Shown piece after piece: positions 52,273 through 64,000 of a stretch of DNA of 64,000 nucleotides (positions are counted from its first letter, which is position 1; each line of letters begins with the position of its first letter). The stretch is taken from NCBI RefSeq assembly GCF_009914755.1, contig NC_060932.1; one strand, 5' to 3'. Below the pieces are notes generated by a model that searched no databases, was not told the DNA's origin, and worked only from the letters and a program-made list of their open reading frames with translations. Source of the stretch: the human T2T-CHM13v2.0 reference genome, Homo sapiens. Made by a program: the position numbers and the translations under genes.

Positions 52273-53240
52273 GTAAGTCATCCCCTGGTCCCCACACACT
52301 GCTCATGAGGCTCTCCTGTAACTATCTGGACAAAGTCGACCTTTTAAAAAACTCAGTACATGTGAAGATGGTAGAGACTGGACAGAGTGTTTGAATGGCT
52401 CTAAGATTGAAAATAAGGTTGACTGCTTTCGTTTAAGCTAAAGTGTTTTTTAATATTGGCTTCTGCTAGCTATCATGTTTTGAAAGCTTCTGGTGTGCTA
52501 GAGGCAGGGTTAGGATGTTTGAATATATATTACCAACTTTAATGTTCACAACACCCCTATGTTATAGATTAGGAAACTAAAGCCCAGTGAGGTTAAATAC
52601 ACTGCCAGTTAAGTAGTACAGAGCCAGGATTTTAATCCAGATTCGCAGACCCAGAATTGAGCTGCTTTACATTCTGCTCTCAGGCATGCTGATGGTTCCA
52701 CATGGGGCATGACTTACTACTGTTCCATTTCTATGGGGTGAGCAGATGGTGGCTTCCCAGTGAGCTGGGTGGAAAGGGACTCTAAAATGTATTTACTTCA
52801 GTCCCCATTTTACTTTTGCATTTTCTTTTGCAACATTTCCATAAAATGGTCATTAGTTTCATATATTTTAATAGAACTCATAAAAGGAAATTTATTTCCC
52901 TCAAAAACAGCCTCTTTTATCTTTGCAGCATTGTGACTGCATGAAAATTCTTCCTTATGCTATGTTAGTTAAATTCTCCCTTAAGTTTCAACCTGCTTGT
53001 CCATTCTTTTATCTAGGCAGTCTTAAATCATTCTTACAGGAGATGAGCATATGTCCCTTGACAAATGAGTCTACCTTTCCCAAAATGAACTACTGGATTG
53101 CCCAGGCAATGGGGTTTTGAGGCCAGGACTTTGATTTTTTTGAGTCAAATTTCTCCTTCCCATTTGAGGGTCTAATTCTGGGCAACTCTACTTAAAACTC
53201 CATCCATCCATCTATCTATCTAGTGATCTAGCTAGCTATC

Positions 53241-53675
53241 GTGTTGGTGGACAGAATAATGACCCATTCTCCTAAAAAGCTTTAAACATCCTAACCCCTG
53301 GAACTTCTGAATATGTTAAATCATATGGCAAAAGGAACTGTGCAAATATGATGAAGGATATTAAGATGGGAAATTATCCTTGATTATCCAGGTGGGTCCA
53401 CATAATGACAAGCGTCCTTATAAGAGGGAGACAGGAGATCAGAGAGGAGAGAAGATGCTGTATTTCTGATGTTGAAAATGGAGAAATCGGCCTGGAGCCA
53501 AGTGGCCTCTGGAAGCTAGAAAAGACAAGAACATGAATTTCCTTCTAGAACCTCCACAAAGGATGCAGTCCTAGAGACCCACTTTAGATTTCTGACCTCC
53601 AGAACTATAATAAGTTTGTGTTGTTTTAAGCTGCTAAAGCATCATGGTTATTTGTTACAGAAGCAATAGGAAACT
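53241..53675 (+). mobile_element. MLT1D-like MaLR LTR
   Basis: gacagaataatg...atggcaaaagga...gattatccaggtgggtcc...tttgttacagaagcaataggaaact. Confidence 0.8.
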
Positions 53676-54830
53676 CAGCCTATTTATCATCTGCCTATCT
53701 ATCTTGCAATACAACTTGACACATGCTATGAGGTAGATTTTTACATGAAGGTAGAGAAGACAGTGATCGAAAAATGAAGTTTTAAACAGTGGATTTTAAG
53801 AGGGGGCACAATGACATCTCTGGAATTCAAGAATAGCTGAGCATGTACACTTTGAAAAAGGTCCTCAGGTCATTCTAACAGCCTTGCCCCTTGACATCTC
53901 ACTTACTCAGCTCTCAGTTTGTGAACCATTGCTCAAAATCTCTGAGCTAAATAATTAGAAGAATGGTGTTTGATCTGCTGTCACTGACTAGATCCCCATC
54001 TTTAGCCAGTTAACTTGAAAATGTGTTTCACATTGGCACTGGGAGAAAAAGTGTGAGTAGATCAATGTAAATCTGTCACCTCTAGGAGACAAATATGCCA
54101 GAGCACACATATTGCTGACTACGGGTCAATAAAGTCCGCTTTGCATAAGGAGAACAATATGGTCTTGAGGCAGAAGGAAGAATGCAAGTATTAACTTCCT
54201 GAGAGTCATATGTCACTTAGGCTGTCTTGATGCTACACAAAGATGAAGGCTACAAACCTACCCAACTATCACATCAATCTGGGGCCTCAATGATCAGGTT
54301 TGATTTTCTAAACAGATATCATCCAAATTTTCTTTTTCTCGTAACTGCTTTTGAACATTGACCTTAACATTGCAGGTGCTTTTTACACTCAGAAAGTCAA
54401 GGCAGTTGGAAAGCTCTGCCTTCTTTGTGCAAGTAGATAGTTATTTATGGATAAGAATGCTGAGTGACTATAATATTTTCTCCAAGAACTGGGATTACAG
54501 GTTTCAAATGCTGCTAGATGCTGTATTGTTTGAATATAGAGATATCGGAATTGCGATTCAGGAATAAATCTATTCCCTGGGGACTCAAAATCAGGACAGA
54601 AAGTTCCAATAGAAGTTGTGAAGAGATTCTAGGATGAAGGTTATAAATACAGCCTTAAGGCTATTGCCTGCTAAGTTTTCACTGCCTGAAACATTTCCTC
54701 CCATCAGCATATTTAACTCTAGCTTAAGCTTTTGAATTCAACTCAGCTGCTACGTCTTTCTAACTAAATCAGATTCCTCTGTTGTATTACCCATAGTACC
54801 AGTGGACTTATTGTAATTAGAATTTTCCAC

Positions 54831-54831
<1 letters not shown>

Positions 54832-54869
<38 letters not shown>

Positions 54870-54881
54870 CATGTGCGCGCG
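54832..54881 (+). repeat. (TG)n followed by a CG-rich perfect palindrome; Z-DNA-prone tract
   Basis: Direct reading of about 50 bp of uninterrupted purine-pyrimidine alternation. Confidence 0.9.
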
Positions 54882-56165
54882 GTGGGGGAGTGGGGTGTTT
54901 AATCTTTACCTTCTCCAGCACATTTAAAGCTACACTGGGGAGTGACCACAACTGTTTTCACTCACCTTTATGGCCCAAGCTTTTACAAATGTCTGCATAT
55001 GAGTGACTACACAAGTTTTTTTCCTCTCTCTTTTTGTCAATAAGATGAGTAAAAGAATGAATGACAACGTGATGAACACACATGGCAGATCAGATGAGGT
55101 TCTATGATCTGTCAGCCATATCAGGCTGTCTAAGGAACCTTAAATGTTAACTCCTAGGTGAGAGTGAATTTCTACCCAAACAATGAACACCTGAAAACTG
55201 CACATTCAGTAGTGATCAGATCTAGATGGCTAGCGGTCATTCCACTTTGTGGTGATGACCTGAGATTTAACAGACACTTTACCTGAAAATAGAATGGGAT
55301 ACATGGTGTTGAACAATATGTTGCTGCTTTTAAATCTTTGTTCCAAAATGTTTAGAAAAAGTTCAGAAAGGCAAAACACTGTTAGCTGTCAGTGAAAATG
55401 TTCTAATTTTACGTTTAGTCTAATACCTCTTAAAGTTATAGATAAACAGAATTATGTACATAGTTTGTAGTGTTTGCTACTGATCACTTTGACTCAGACA
55501 AGAGATGCTCAGCTTTGCAATATATTGTGTGTATATGTATGTACACATACAAGATCATTTTTCATACATTAATATATTTCTACTTCTGGATTAATAGCTT
55601 TATATACATGAGCACAATATTCTCATCATTGGACAGTAAGAAATCATTCAAATTTAAAATTCTTTTGAAAATGCACAAAATTAGGTAAAATAAAACCTCA
55701 ATAAAATTCACTACTTATCTTATTTTTCCCTTATTTATCCCTTCCTGTGTTTTTTGCATTTGAAACCAGTACTTTTAATTAAGCTCCCAATGAAGCTTGA
55801 CTTTAAGCCAGCTTGGTGCCTGACAGTCAGTCAACCTTCAATAAAGGAGATTTCCTCCCTTCATTATCAAATGCTTGATTTTCATCTAAGAAGTGATGCT
55901 TTCCAGTTTCAACATGAAACAGATAAACATTAGGTGGATGAATGAGTAAACTGGATGGGTCTTTGTGGTTTGTTTTTGTATAAAAGTATTAAAATTCTAT
56001 GACATATGTATTTAAACATTAGTCAAAGATAGTTCTTTTTAAAGCATAAATATTTCAACTATCCATCATTTTGGATAATGCATGTTATTGCCAGCTTCTC
56101 CATTATGCTGCCTACGTTTTTAAGACTGACCTCATGTGTGCTAAGAACATTGTTCTCTCTTTCAG

Positions 56166-56316
56166 ACTAACTGTGGTTTTGCACCAGAGATGCCTTGGCC
56201 ACAATCACAAGGAAGTACAAGCCAATGCCAGCGTCAGAGCTGCTTTTGTGCATGCCCTTGGAGATCTATTTCAGAGTATCAGTGTGCTAATTAGTGCACT
56301 TATTATCTACTTTAAG
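56166..56316 (+). CDS. SLC30A8: ZnT8 coding exon 5 (151 nt; [15 protein letters not shown]...HALGD...IIYFK)
   Basis: Acceptor ctctttcag| and donor AAG|gtgagt. Contains the His-rich loop, H220 (56251) and D224 (56263). Confidence 0.98.
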
Positions 56317-57852
56317 GTGAGTTTGAGTTTACCCACCATCCTAGTACTTATGTAGATTAGGTAGTACAGAAGCTGACCCTCCAACATTAACTTAAAGAGA
56401 ATGGGCATCCTCTGTTTACCTATACAAACTACTTTGCAAAGCTAAAGCAAGCAAACACTCAACCATGGTGTTAAGATGAACAGCAACAAAACTGTGAATA
56501 CCTTCAGGTTCTTGGATTATAAGCAATAGGGAACATCTCTGGCTCACTTTAGCAAAAAGTATATTTATTGGCTGAAATTTATTGGATGTGCTCCTAGACA
56601 GACATCAAAGTAGAAATAAGGGCAAATTTTGATATCTAGGTTTTAGAAACGATCCAACTTCTGTCCCAGACACCACACTGAAATAAATGTGTCTCAACAA
56701 ATTTTTTTTTCTGTTTTTGTCACTTCTGAAGAATGATATTTCTGTGAACGGGAGTCCAGTTGACCTAGGTTGTGTCTTGTATCTGCTGCTTGGCCGAAGG
56801 GAGGTTAGAGCACCTGATTTATTGTTCCACCAGTATTGCCCACAATGGGGGAGAGGTAACTTCTCCCCCAGAAGCCAAGGTGCTAATGAAAAGTGGGAAT
56901 GACTTCCCGGTAAGCCTCTGACCCTAAACAAATAAATATCCACTGCAGATCTCTACCTGGTAATACTGATAACAGAGATGGGTTAGCAGGCAGAGAATGG
57001 AGAAGAACATTTAGCTCTGTCTGTTTGCATCACAATTGTCTGATTTGCAGAGACTCACAGCTTTTCCTAAAAAAGTGAAAACATGGAAAGAAAAATTACA
57101 AAGACATATCTAAATTCAGTTGAGCAAAATGATCACTGAAAGCTTTAGGTCTAAGGCAAAACTAGTTTGAGGGTCCACTTACAAAAGTTGAGTTGATGCT
57201 GAATTTCTTAAAGATAGTGGGGCACAGACTTTTCTGTGGCATAGAACTTTCTCAAGGGTAGAAAAGCAGACATTTCACCCTGAGGCGACTGAGCAAGGAT
57301 GATACTTTGGTTCACACCTTTAAGACTGCATCAAAGATGCCAGCCTTGAGTATGTGCAATACTTGAGAGGCAAAGAAATAAACTCACTCCAGTCAGCCAA
57401 GAGCATAGTCCAGCTGTATGCTGGCCACATGCAATTTCTGAACAAGTTATGTCCTTTCTTCTGCTCATTATAATTAAGGCCAAAAAGTCTTTGGATCTTG
57501 TGGGCATATTTGTGCATACTTTCATCACATACTCTGTACTTTTATTAATCTGCAAGAAGTTAAATCAGGGCTCTTGAGAGCAAACTTAAGAATATTCTTC
57601 CTTTTAGTTCTTAAATTATGGGGAGAGCATGACTTGTAGTCTCACTTCTTTATTTGCTGGTAGTTTAAAGCTGAAAGGAAGGATTGAGTCTTCAAAAACA
57701 AAGTCTTCCCTCTCAGTTGGATGACACATGTCAAAAGGGTAAATGAGTGACAGAGAAGGAAAGACACAGGGAGGTTTACTTATTTTATTAATCAGACTTT
57801 CTGAAAGAGAGGTATGAATTCAGTTAACCAAAATCCCTGTTTTTTTTTCTAG

Positions 57853-57958
57853 CCAGAGTATAAAATAGCCGACCCAATCTGCACATTCATCTTTTCCATC
57901 CTGGTCTTGGCCAGCACCATCACTATCTTAAAGGACTTCTCCATCTTACTCATGGAAG
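57853..57958 (+). CDS. SLC30A8: ZnT8 coding exon 6 (106 nt; [15 protein letters not shown]...ILLME-G)
   Basis: Acceptor (t)n-ctag| and donor AAG|gtagga. Encodes TM6. It is missing from the ORF track but translates in frame with exon 5. Confidence 0.97.
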
Positions 57959-58460
57959 GTAGGAGTGATTTTATTATTACTCCCAGAGTCAGTGTTTTCT
58001 CTTCCCTAGAATCACAAAAGGGAATGGCTACAAGGCATGCTCACTGTTAATTTGAATTATGGGAAAAATTTAAAGTGAAAAGGAATTTTTGTGAAAACAA
58101 TCATTTGATTTTTTTTCCTATGGGAACAAGTAAAAAGAACTGGCTTCTATTCTTGCTCTAGCAACTGTTATGTAATAGCTCACAGTGTAAAAACAGTAAG
58201 TATAAACACCATGCGGAGATACTACAAAAATATAAATATACCTGGAAAAGACCTAAGAAAAAAAACTACATAAGTTTACCCCCCAGGCTGCATTAGAGCT
58301 AAACATTTTTATCAAATTGTATCTCAGAGTAGAATAAAACAAGGGTGACCTTTTATTTGTTTGTCCGGCAAGTGTTTATTGAGCCCCAACTCTGTGCTAG
58401 GTAGTGTGCTCAGAACTAGAATTACAGATATGAGCAGAGCAGAACACAGCTCTCTTCTGA

Positions 58461-58710
58461 AGTTCTGGGCTGTAGTGTGCTATGAGGTTCAGGTGTCTGC
58501 ACTAAGGTCAACATCAGTACGGCCTCCTGGGAACAGGGTGCCACTAGGTTGCCTAAGGAAGGGTGAACTGGCACAGATGAGAAACAGAGCAGATCAAAGC
58601 TCTCATGCTGATCAGTAGTAGGATTGTGCCTGTGAATAGCCACTGCCCTACAGCCTGGGCAACATAGTGAGACCCTGTCTCTTAAAATAAAGTATAGTAA
58701 AATAAAATAT
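58461..58710 (+). pseudogene. 5'-truncated 7SL (SRP RNA) processed pseudogene with A-rich tail
   Basis: Colinear with the 7SL S-domain and 3' end (agttctgggctgtagtg...ggttgcctaagga...gctgatcagtagt...gcctgtgaatagccactg...gagaccctgtctct), with many CpG-decay changes. Confidence 0.93.
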
Positions 58711-58711
58711 G

Positions 58712-59025
58712 GGCTGGGCACAGTGGCTAATGCCTATAATTCCAGGAATTACAGGTTGGGAGGCTGAGGTGGGAGGATTGCTTGAGTCCGGGAGTTTAAG
58801 ACCAACCTGGGCAACATGGCAAAACCTCGTCTCAACAAAAAAATGCAAAATATTACCTGGGCATTGTGGTGCATGCCTGTAGTCCCAGCTAGTCAGGAGA
58901 CTGAGATGGGAGGATCGCTTGAGGCTGGGAGGCAGAGGCTGCAGTGAGCCGAGATGGCACAACTGTACTGCAGCCTGGGTGACAGAGTAAGACCCTACCT
59001 CAACAAAATAAAATAAATAAAAAAA
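58712..59025 (+). mobile_element. AluJ inserted directly after the 7SL pseudogene tail
   Basis: Dimeric Alu with J diagnostics (ggaggattgcttgag, gaggatcgcttgag, gaggctgcagtgag). Confidence 0.92.
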
Positions 59026-60027
59026 GCTTTGTCCTCATGGGGATAATACTTTAATAAGAGGAGAAAGAGATTATTCAAAAAATTACACAGAAATGCAGTA
59101 GTGGGAACTGCTACAAAGAAGAGGTGTGGGCCTCTTATTAGAGATCTTAACACGGCTGGGAGCAGGGGCCAGTGGTCCCAGAGGCTTTGCTAAGGCCTGC
59201 TCTTAGCCCCGAGTAGGATCTTATGTTATTAACCTCATCATCTACAGCCCCATTATCCTTGACTACTCTCCTGGGCCTGTGAAATTTCTCTCTGGGCTCT
59301 TTGAGTCTTCCAACTGTCCAGGAATAGATCACATAAATAACCCTCACTGCAAAGAAATCCGTCCTTATGCCTAAAGCTTACTGCCTGCCTCCTCTCCCCC
59401 ATTCTGCAGTTTGGTGATTTTCTTTTCATTTGGCATAAAATGGTTGAAGAACTACTGGTTTCTGCCCTTTCTAGGCTACATCTTTACTGGCAGAGTTAGC
59501 GCAAAGAGACACATCATATAGTTGAAAAAGCAAGATCTTTGTATCAGACCCACCTCTGTTCAAATGCTAGTCATGCAAGTTTCTAGCTGTGAGACCTCAG
59601 ACAATCTCCTCTGAACTTCAGTTTCTCAACTCAAAAATGGGAATATCACATCCACAATATAGTGTTGTTGAGAGGATTAGATGAAATAAATGGCATTATG
59701 TCTAGAACACAGTAGGAGCTCAGTAAATATAAACTCTCAGCTAGCATTTTGGGTTGACTGGAATATAGGAAATATGAAGCTACATTGTGGAGATAAACAC
59801 TGTACTGTATATTTATCTGCACAGCAAGATATTCTCAATTTTTGGTTATAAACTGTGGCCATAGAACCAGTCAATCATAGATGCTGATGGCCTCAGAAAG
59901 GCCAGATAAGAGAGTCTTGATCAGAATAAATCCATCTTCATTACTAGAAGAACCATTCAGTAGTACTTGAAATGGGAGAACTACTGACTCCCATTGACAT
60001 TATCTTGGAATATTAAAGTATGTCAGA

Positions 60028-60718
60028 GAGTGACATCAGCAAGATGGCTGACTAGAGATGCTGGGGCTAGTCCCCCCGGTAAGAAAGGGCCAAGGCAATA
60101 AATAACCAGAGGAGATTTGACTGGAGCATCAAAGGGAAAGTGTGGGAGTGCAACCTAGGTGTCCAACAATAGATGAATGGATCAAGAAAATGCAGTGTAT
60201 ATACACAATGGAATACTATTCAGCTATGAAAAAGAATGAAATCCTGTTATTTGCAGAAACATGGATGGAACTGGAGGACATTATGCTAAGTAAAATCAGC
60301 CAGGAAATGAAAGTTAAACACCACATGTTTTGGCTCATATGTGGGAGCTAAAAACAAATTGTTCTCATAGAAGTGAAAAGTAGAACAGATAGCAGAGGGA
60401 GGGAAGGGGAAGAGTAGGATAGGGAGAGAGTTGTTAAAGGATGCAAAATTACAATGAGATAGCAGGAATAAGCTCTAGTGTTCTATAGCACTACAGAATG
60501 ACAAGAATATAGTTAACAATAATATATAGTTCCAAATAGCTAGAAGGAAGATATTGAACATTCCCAATACAACGAAATAATAAATGTATGAGATGATGAA
60601 TTTGTCAGTTACCCTCATCTGATCACTATGAATTATCTGTATGGCAACAGCACTGCATGTCCCATACATATGTACAATTATCATGTCAATTTAAAACTGT
60701 TTAAAATTTAAAAATAAG
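60028..60718 (+). mobile_element. L1M: short 5'-end-like segment joined to an L1MA 3' end
   Basis: gacatcagcaagatggctgactag (5'-end motif), then caacctaggtgtcca...atgaatggat...ctggaggacattatgctaagt... through the A-rich end. Confidence 0.75.
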
Positions 60719-60875
60719 GTTTATTGGAGACCTGAGGTACTTGATTATATTTACAAGGTGATTTATCATTGCTACATTGGCCATTTGTCGTTAACAAATG
60801 ATATTATTTTCTATCTTACATTCCAGGAAAACAGGTATTATGAAGGACTTGCCTAAAACCCTTATTAGACTAACC

Positions 60876-61060
60876 CAGCAGTTCTCAAACTTTAGTGGCA
60901 TCAGAATCACGTGGAGGGTTTATTGAAACACAGATATCTGAGCCCACTCCCACAATTCTTGAGTCAGTATATCTTATTGGGGAGTAGGAGGAGCAAGAAT
61001 TTGAATTTCTAACAAGATGCTGGTGCTGCTGGTCCCAGGACAACACTTCAGGAACCACTG
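60876..61060. mobile_element. MER5A
   Basis: cagcagttctcaaacttt...catcagaatcac...tttctaacaag...gaaccactg terminal inverted repeats. Confidence 0.8.
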
Positions 61061-62258
61061 GACTAATCTTTTAGTACCACTGAAGGGATTCCCACATGCT
61101 GGCCCTGGGAATGGCACCTGTAAAATTCAGTGAGAGCTAGAAGTTTGCATCATATCAAACATCCAGATGATTGAAATATCCAGACATTAGCTGATTTTTT
61201 TTTTTTTTTTTTTTGTCCAGCACATTTTGACATAAGGTAGATCTGGTCTCAGAGTGCAGTTGCCTTCAGTGACAGCTCACACTTCGTTAGTGTTCACTGC
61301 TAAGTATACATTTAAAGGTTTGTTCTTGGTGGTCACTATAATTGTTGAAAGATAATAGTGTTGACAACAGTGAAATGGATAACGGAGTCAAATGTCACAG
61401 AGTAATAGTGAATTTTCTGTCTCTAAACATGAGAATATTTGGTTTGTCAAGCCACAGAAGCATCCATTTTCTTTCCTGAGTGCCGAATGCTGAGCTGCAG
61501 CTGTTGTTGCTATTATGGAAGTTATTGACTTAAAGAAAGATAAAAGACAAGTTGGTGTACAATTTGAAATGACTTATATTCCGCTTTTCTTTGTGTGTCT
61601 CGCTATAGCTCTTCCCTGGTGATTATCTTTCTTATTTTACTTCAGGAAAAGTGCAGAGACTGGACTACGTCAGCTAGTTATAGAAACTGGCAGATAACTC
61701 CTTTCTGGAAGACACTTAATTTTTAAATTAGGTTTTCAAACTATGTTAGTATAGTACTTAGTAAAATTTAAAAATAATACAGAAAAGTATGAAATAATTT
61801 TAAAAAGTCTCCTTATAATTCCGTCTTTGACTTCTCAGTCCTATTCTTCAGGGATAATACCTGTTAATAAGTTGACATTTATCTTTCCAAAGATATTTGT
61901 GCATTTGCATATATATATATACATACATACATGTATATGTATATGTGTATGTGATGTAAGTGTGTACCTTTTTTTATAAAAATGGGATTACATATTGATT
62001 CACATTTTTTCTCTGCACCTGGCATTTTTCATTTGGAGATCTTTTATATTAGCACATACATAGATATACCCCATTCTTCTTCACAGCTGTAATTACTCCA
62101 CAGCATGGAAGTACTTGCTTGTGATTGACATTATAAACAATGATGTAATTACTATAAACAATGATGTAATTACCACCCTTGTACATATATATTTTTAGCA
62201 CTTGTATATCTGTGGAATAATTCCTAGAAGTGATATTGCTGTTTCAAAACTTACATGC

Positions 62259-62624
62259 TTTATTAGTATGTTTTTTCACTGCTCATAAAGACATACCTGA
62301 GACTGGGTAATTATAAAGAACAAGAGGTTTAATGGACTCACCGTTTCACATGGCTGAGGAGGCCTCACAATCATGGCAGAAGGCAAAGGAGGAGCAAAGT
62401 CACTCCTTACATAGCAGCAGGCAAGAGAGCTTTTTCAGGAGAACTCCCATTTGTAAAACCATCAGATCTGTGAGACTTATTCACTACCAGGAGAACGGTA
62501 TGGGGGAACTGCCCCCATGATTCAATTATCTTCACCTGGCCCCCACCCTTGACACGTGGGGATCATTACAATTAAAAGTGAGATTTGGGTGAGATTTGGG
62601 TGGGGACACAGCCAAACTATATCA
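62259..62624 (-). mobile_element. THE1 MaLR solo LTR within an old antisense L1 (approx. 61750-62870)
   Basis: ataaagacatacctgagactgggtaatt...ggggacacagccaaactatatca with a 5-bp TSD catgc/catgc. Confidence 0.9.
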
Positions 62625-63719
62625 CATGCATTTCAAAATTTGATAGATATTACCATTTCTACCAAAGATACAGTATCAATTTCTTTCCCCTCAACAGCAT
62701 ATGAAAGTGCCCCTTTCCTCACATCATCACAACCACTGAGTATTATCAAACTAACTGTTCATTCTTTTCTACTCTAATAGGTGAAATATTATATCTTATT
62801 GATTTCAAATGCAATTATTTAATTATGAATGATCAGTGGTTTTTCAAATACATTTATAAGTCTGGGAAGTTATTTATTAAACACTAATTTAGATATTTTC
62901 CTGGATGCATTAATATTTTTTCAGACTCCCCCCCAAGTAAAAGAAAGTTCTAGGATGTGATGGAGCATTGAGTCCAGTGGGGCCATGCCTCTTGCCTGGC
63001 AACACTATTTGTTATAATAAAATAAGTCATGGTGGACCTATGTTCTCTATAATAGTAATGAGATGAAGGAGACAAGTGAAAAAAGGGTAGTGGGATCATG
63101 ACTTAATTTCAAAGGGCCTAGATGAATGATAGCAAGTCTTCAAATGGTCAACAGAACTTCCCCAAAGAGATGACACACATTAGGCATAACAGACAGTGTT
63201 TTGATTGCAATTCCTAGACTCTAGTATTTGCGTAACACTTTATACTCAGAGCACAGACATTGGGATCTGATATCCCTGGTTCTGCCACTTCTCTGTGTGG
63301 CCTTAGCAATGTTCCTTAATCTAACTGACCTCAATTTCCTCTTCTCTAGTTAAATAAGAATTGTAACCTTAATAACTAGCTTCTAAAGTTTTTAGGACTA
63401 TTAAATGAGATAATTGCTATATATAAAGTACTTTGCACAAACTTTACACATAGTGGGCCCTCAATAAAAGTTTGTTATTATTATTATGACAATTTTACCC
63501 ATGACTTTATTCACATTGTATGGCTAATTTGAGACAAGAACTCCTTTCATCTGCTTCTAGGAGCCTAGGTCTTTTGCCACTCATAGAGTAAAATAGCATG
63601 ATAACCAGCTCTTTGTTACTTCCCCAAACAATATGAGGTAGGATCAAAAACTCAGCTCATGCTGTAGGGAATTTTGAGTTAACTCCAAGGAGGAAATCCC
63701 CCATGAGCAAGGTTCTTAG

Positions 63720-63847
63720 CCCATTTTTTGCCGAGTGTTCCATTATTGGAATGCTAAGCATGTGAGAGTTATTTATATCCTGCTCAAGGTCATTGCCAAG
63801 GTCTGATTGCAAAAATTCAAAAAATTGCAACCCCAGGCATAAATGGG
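63720..63847 (+). mobile_element. MER85 piggyBac (PGBD3-derived) MITE
   Basis: CCCATTT...AAATGGG TIRs, TTAG/TTAA flanks and internal palindrome gttccattattggaat. Confidence 0.92.
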
Positions 63848-64000
63848 TTAAATTTTTCAAAAGGAGGGTTAAGGGTTCCCCATTTCTTTAAGTAGATGTT
63901 TCTCAGTTCTAGCTGTTCATTATAATCCTCTGGGAAGCTTTTAAACAATGCTTATGCTCAGGCCTCCCATACCCAGTGTTATTAGGCTGTTCTCACATTG

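Noticed and set aside
62132-62173. 21-bp perfect tandem duplication (also an 11-bp one at 62578-62599 and a 12-bp direct repeat at 41145/41161)
   Set aside because: Ordinary slippage-type duplications, mostly inside old repeats; not an array.

Overview
This is primate, almost certainly human, genomic DNA containing the 5' three-quarters of SLC30A8 (ZnT8, the islet secretory-granule zinc transporter) on the + strand. Six coding exons can be read directly with GT-AG boundaries: 29758-29828, 41382-41581, 47372-47518, 52119-52272, 56166-56316 and 57853-57958. They total 829 nt and encode [16 protein letters not shown]...KDFSILLME(G). The C-terminal exons, including the R325W site, lie beyond the window. 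The rest is upstream or intronic DNA rich in interspersed repeats (L1, L2, MIR, Alu, MaLR/ERVL LTRs, MER6, MER5, MADE1, MER85), plus a truncated 7SL pseudogene and microsatellites. Most of the six-frame ORFs are noise. I do not see a demonstrably new biological system. The best leads are: (i) a 30-nt stop-containing mini-exon just upstream of exon 2; (ii) two separate local templated insertions, each with a donor about 1.2 kb downstream; (iii) inverted Alus around exons 4-6, whose back-splice would give a stop-free 411-nt circle; (iv) a MER85 carrying the CSB-PGBD3 binding palindrome; (v) candidate RFX/MAF islet enhancer motifs. Repeat subfamily calls are from memory of consensus sequences, and their boundaries are approximate unless target-site duplications (TSDs) are given.
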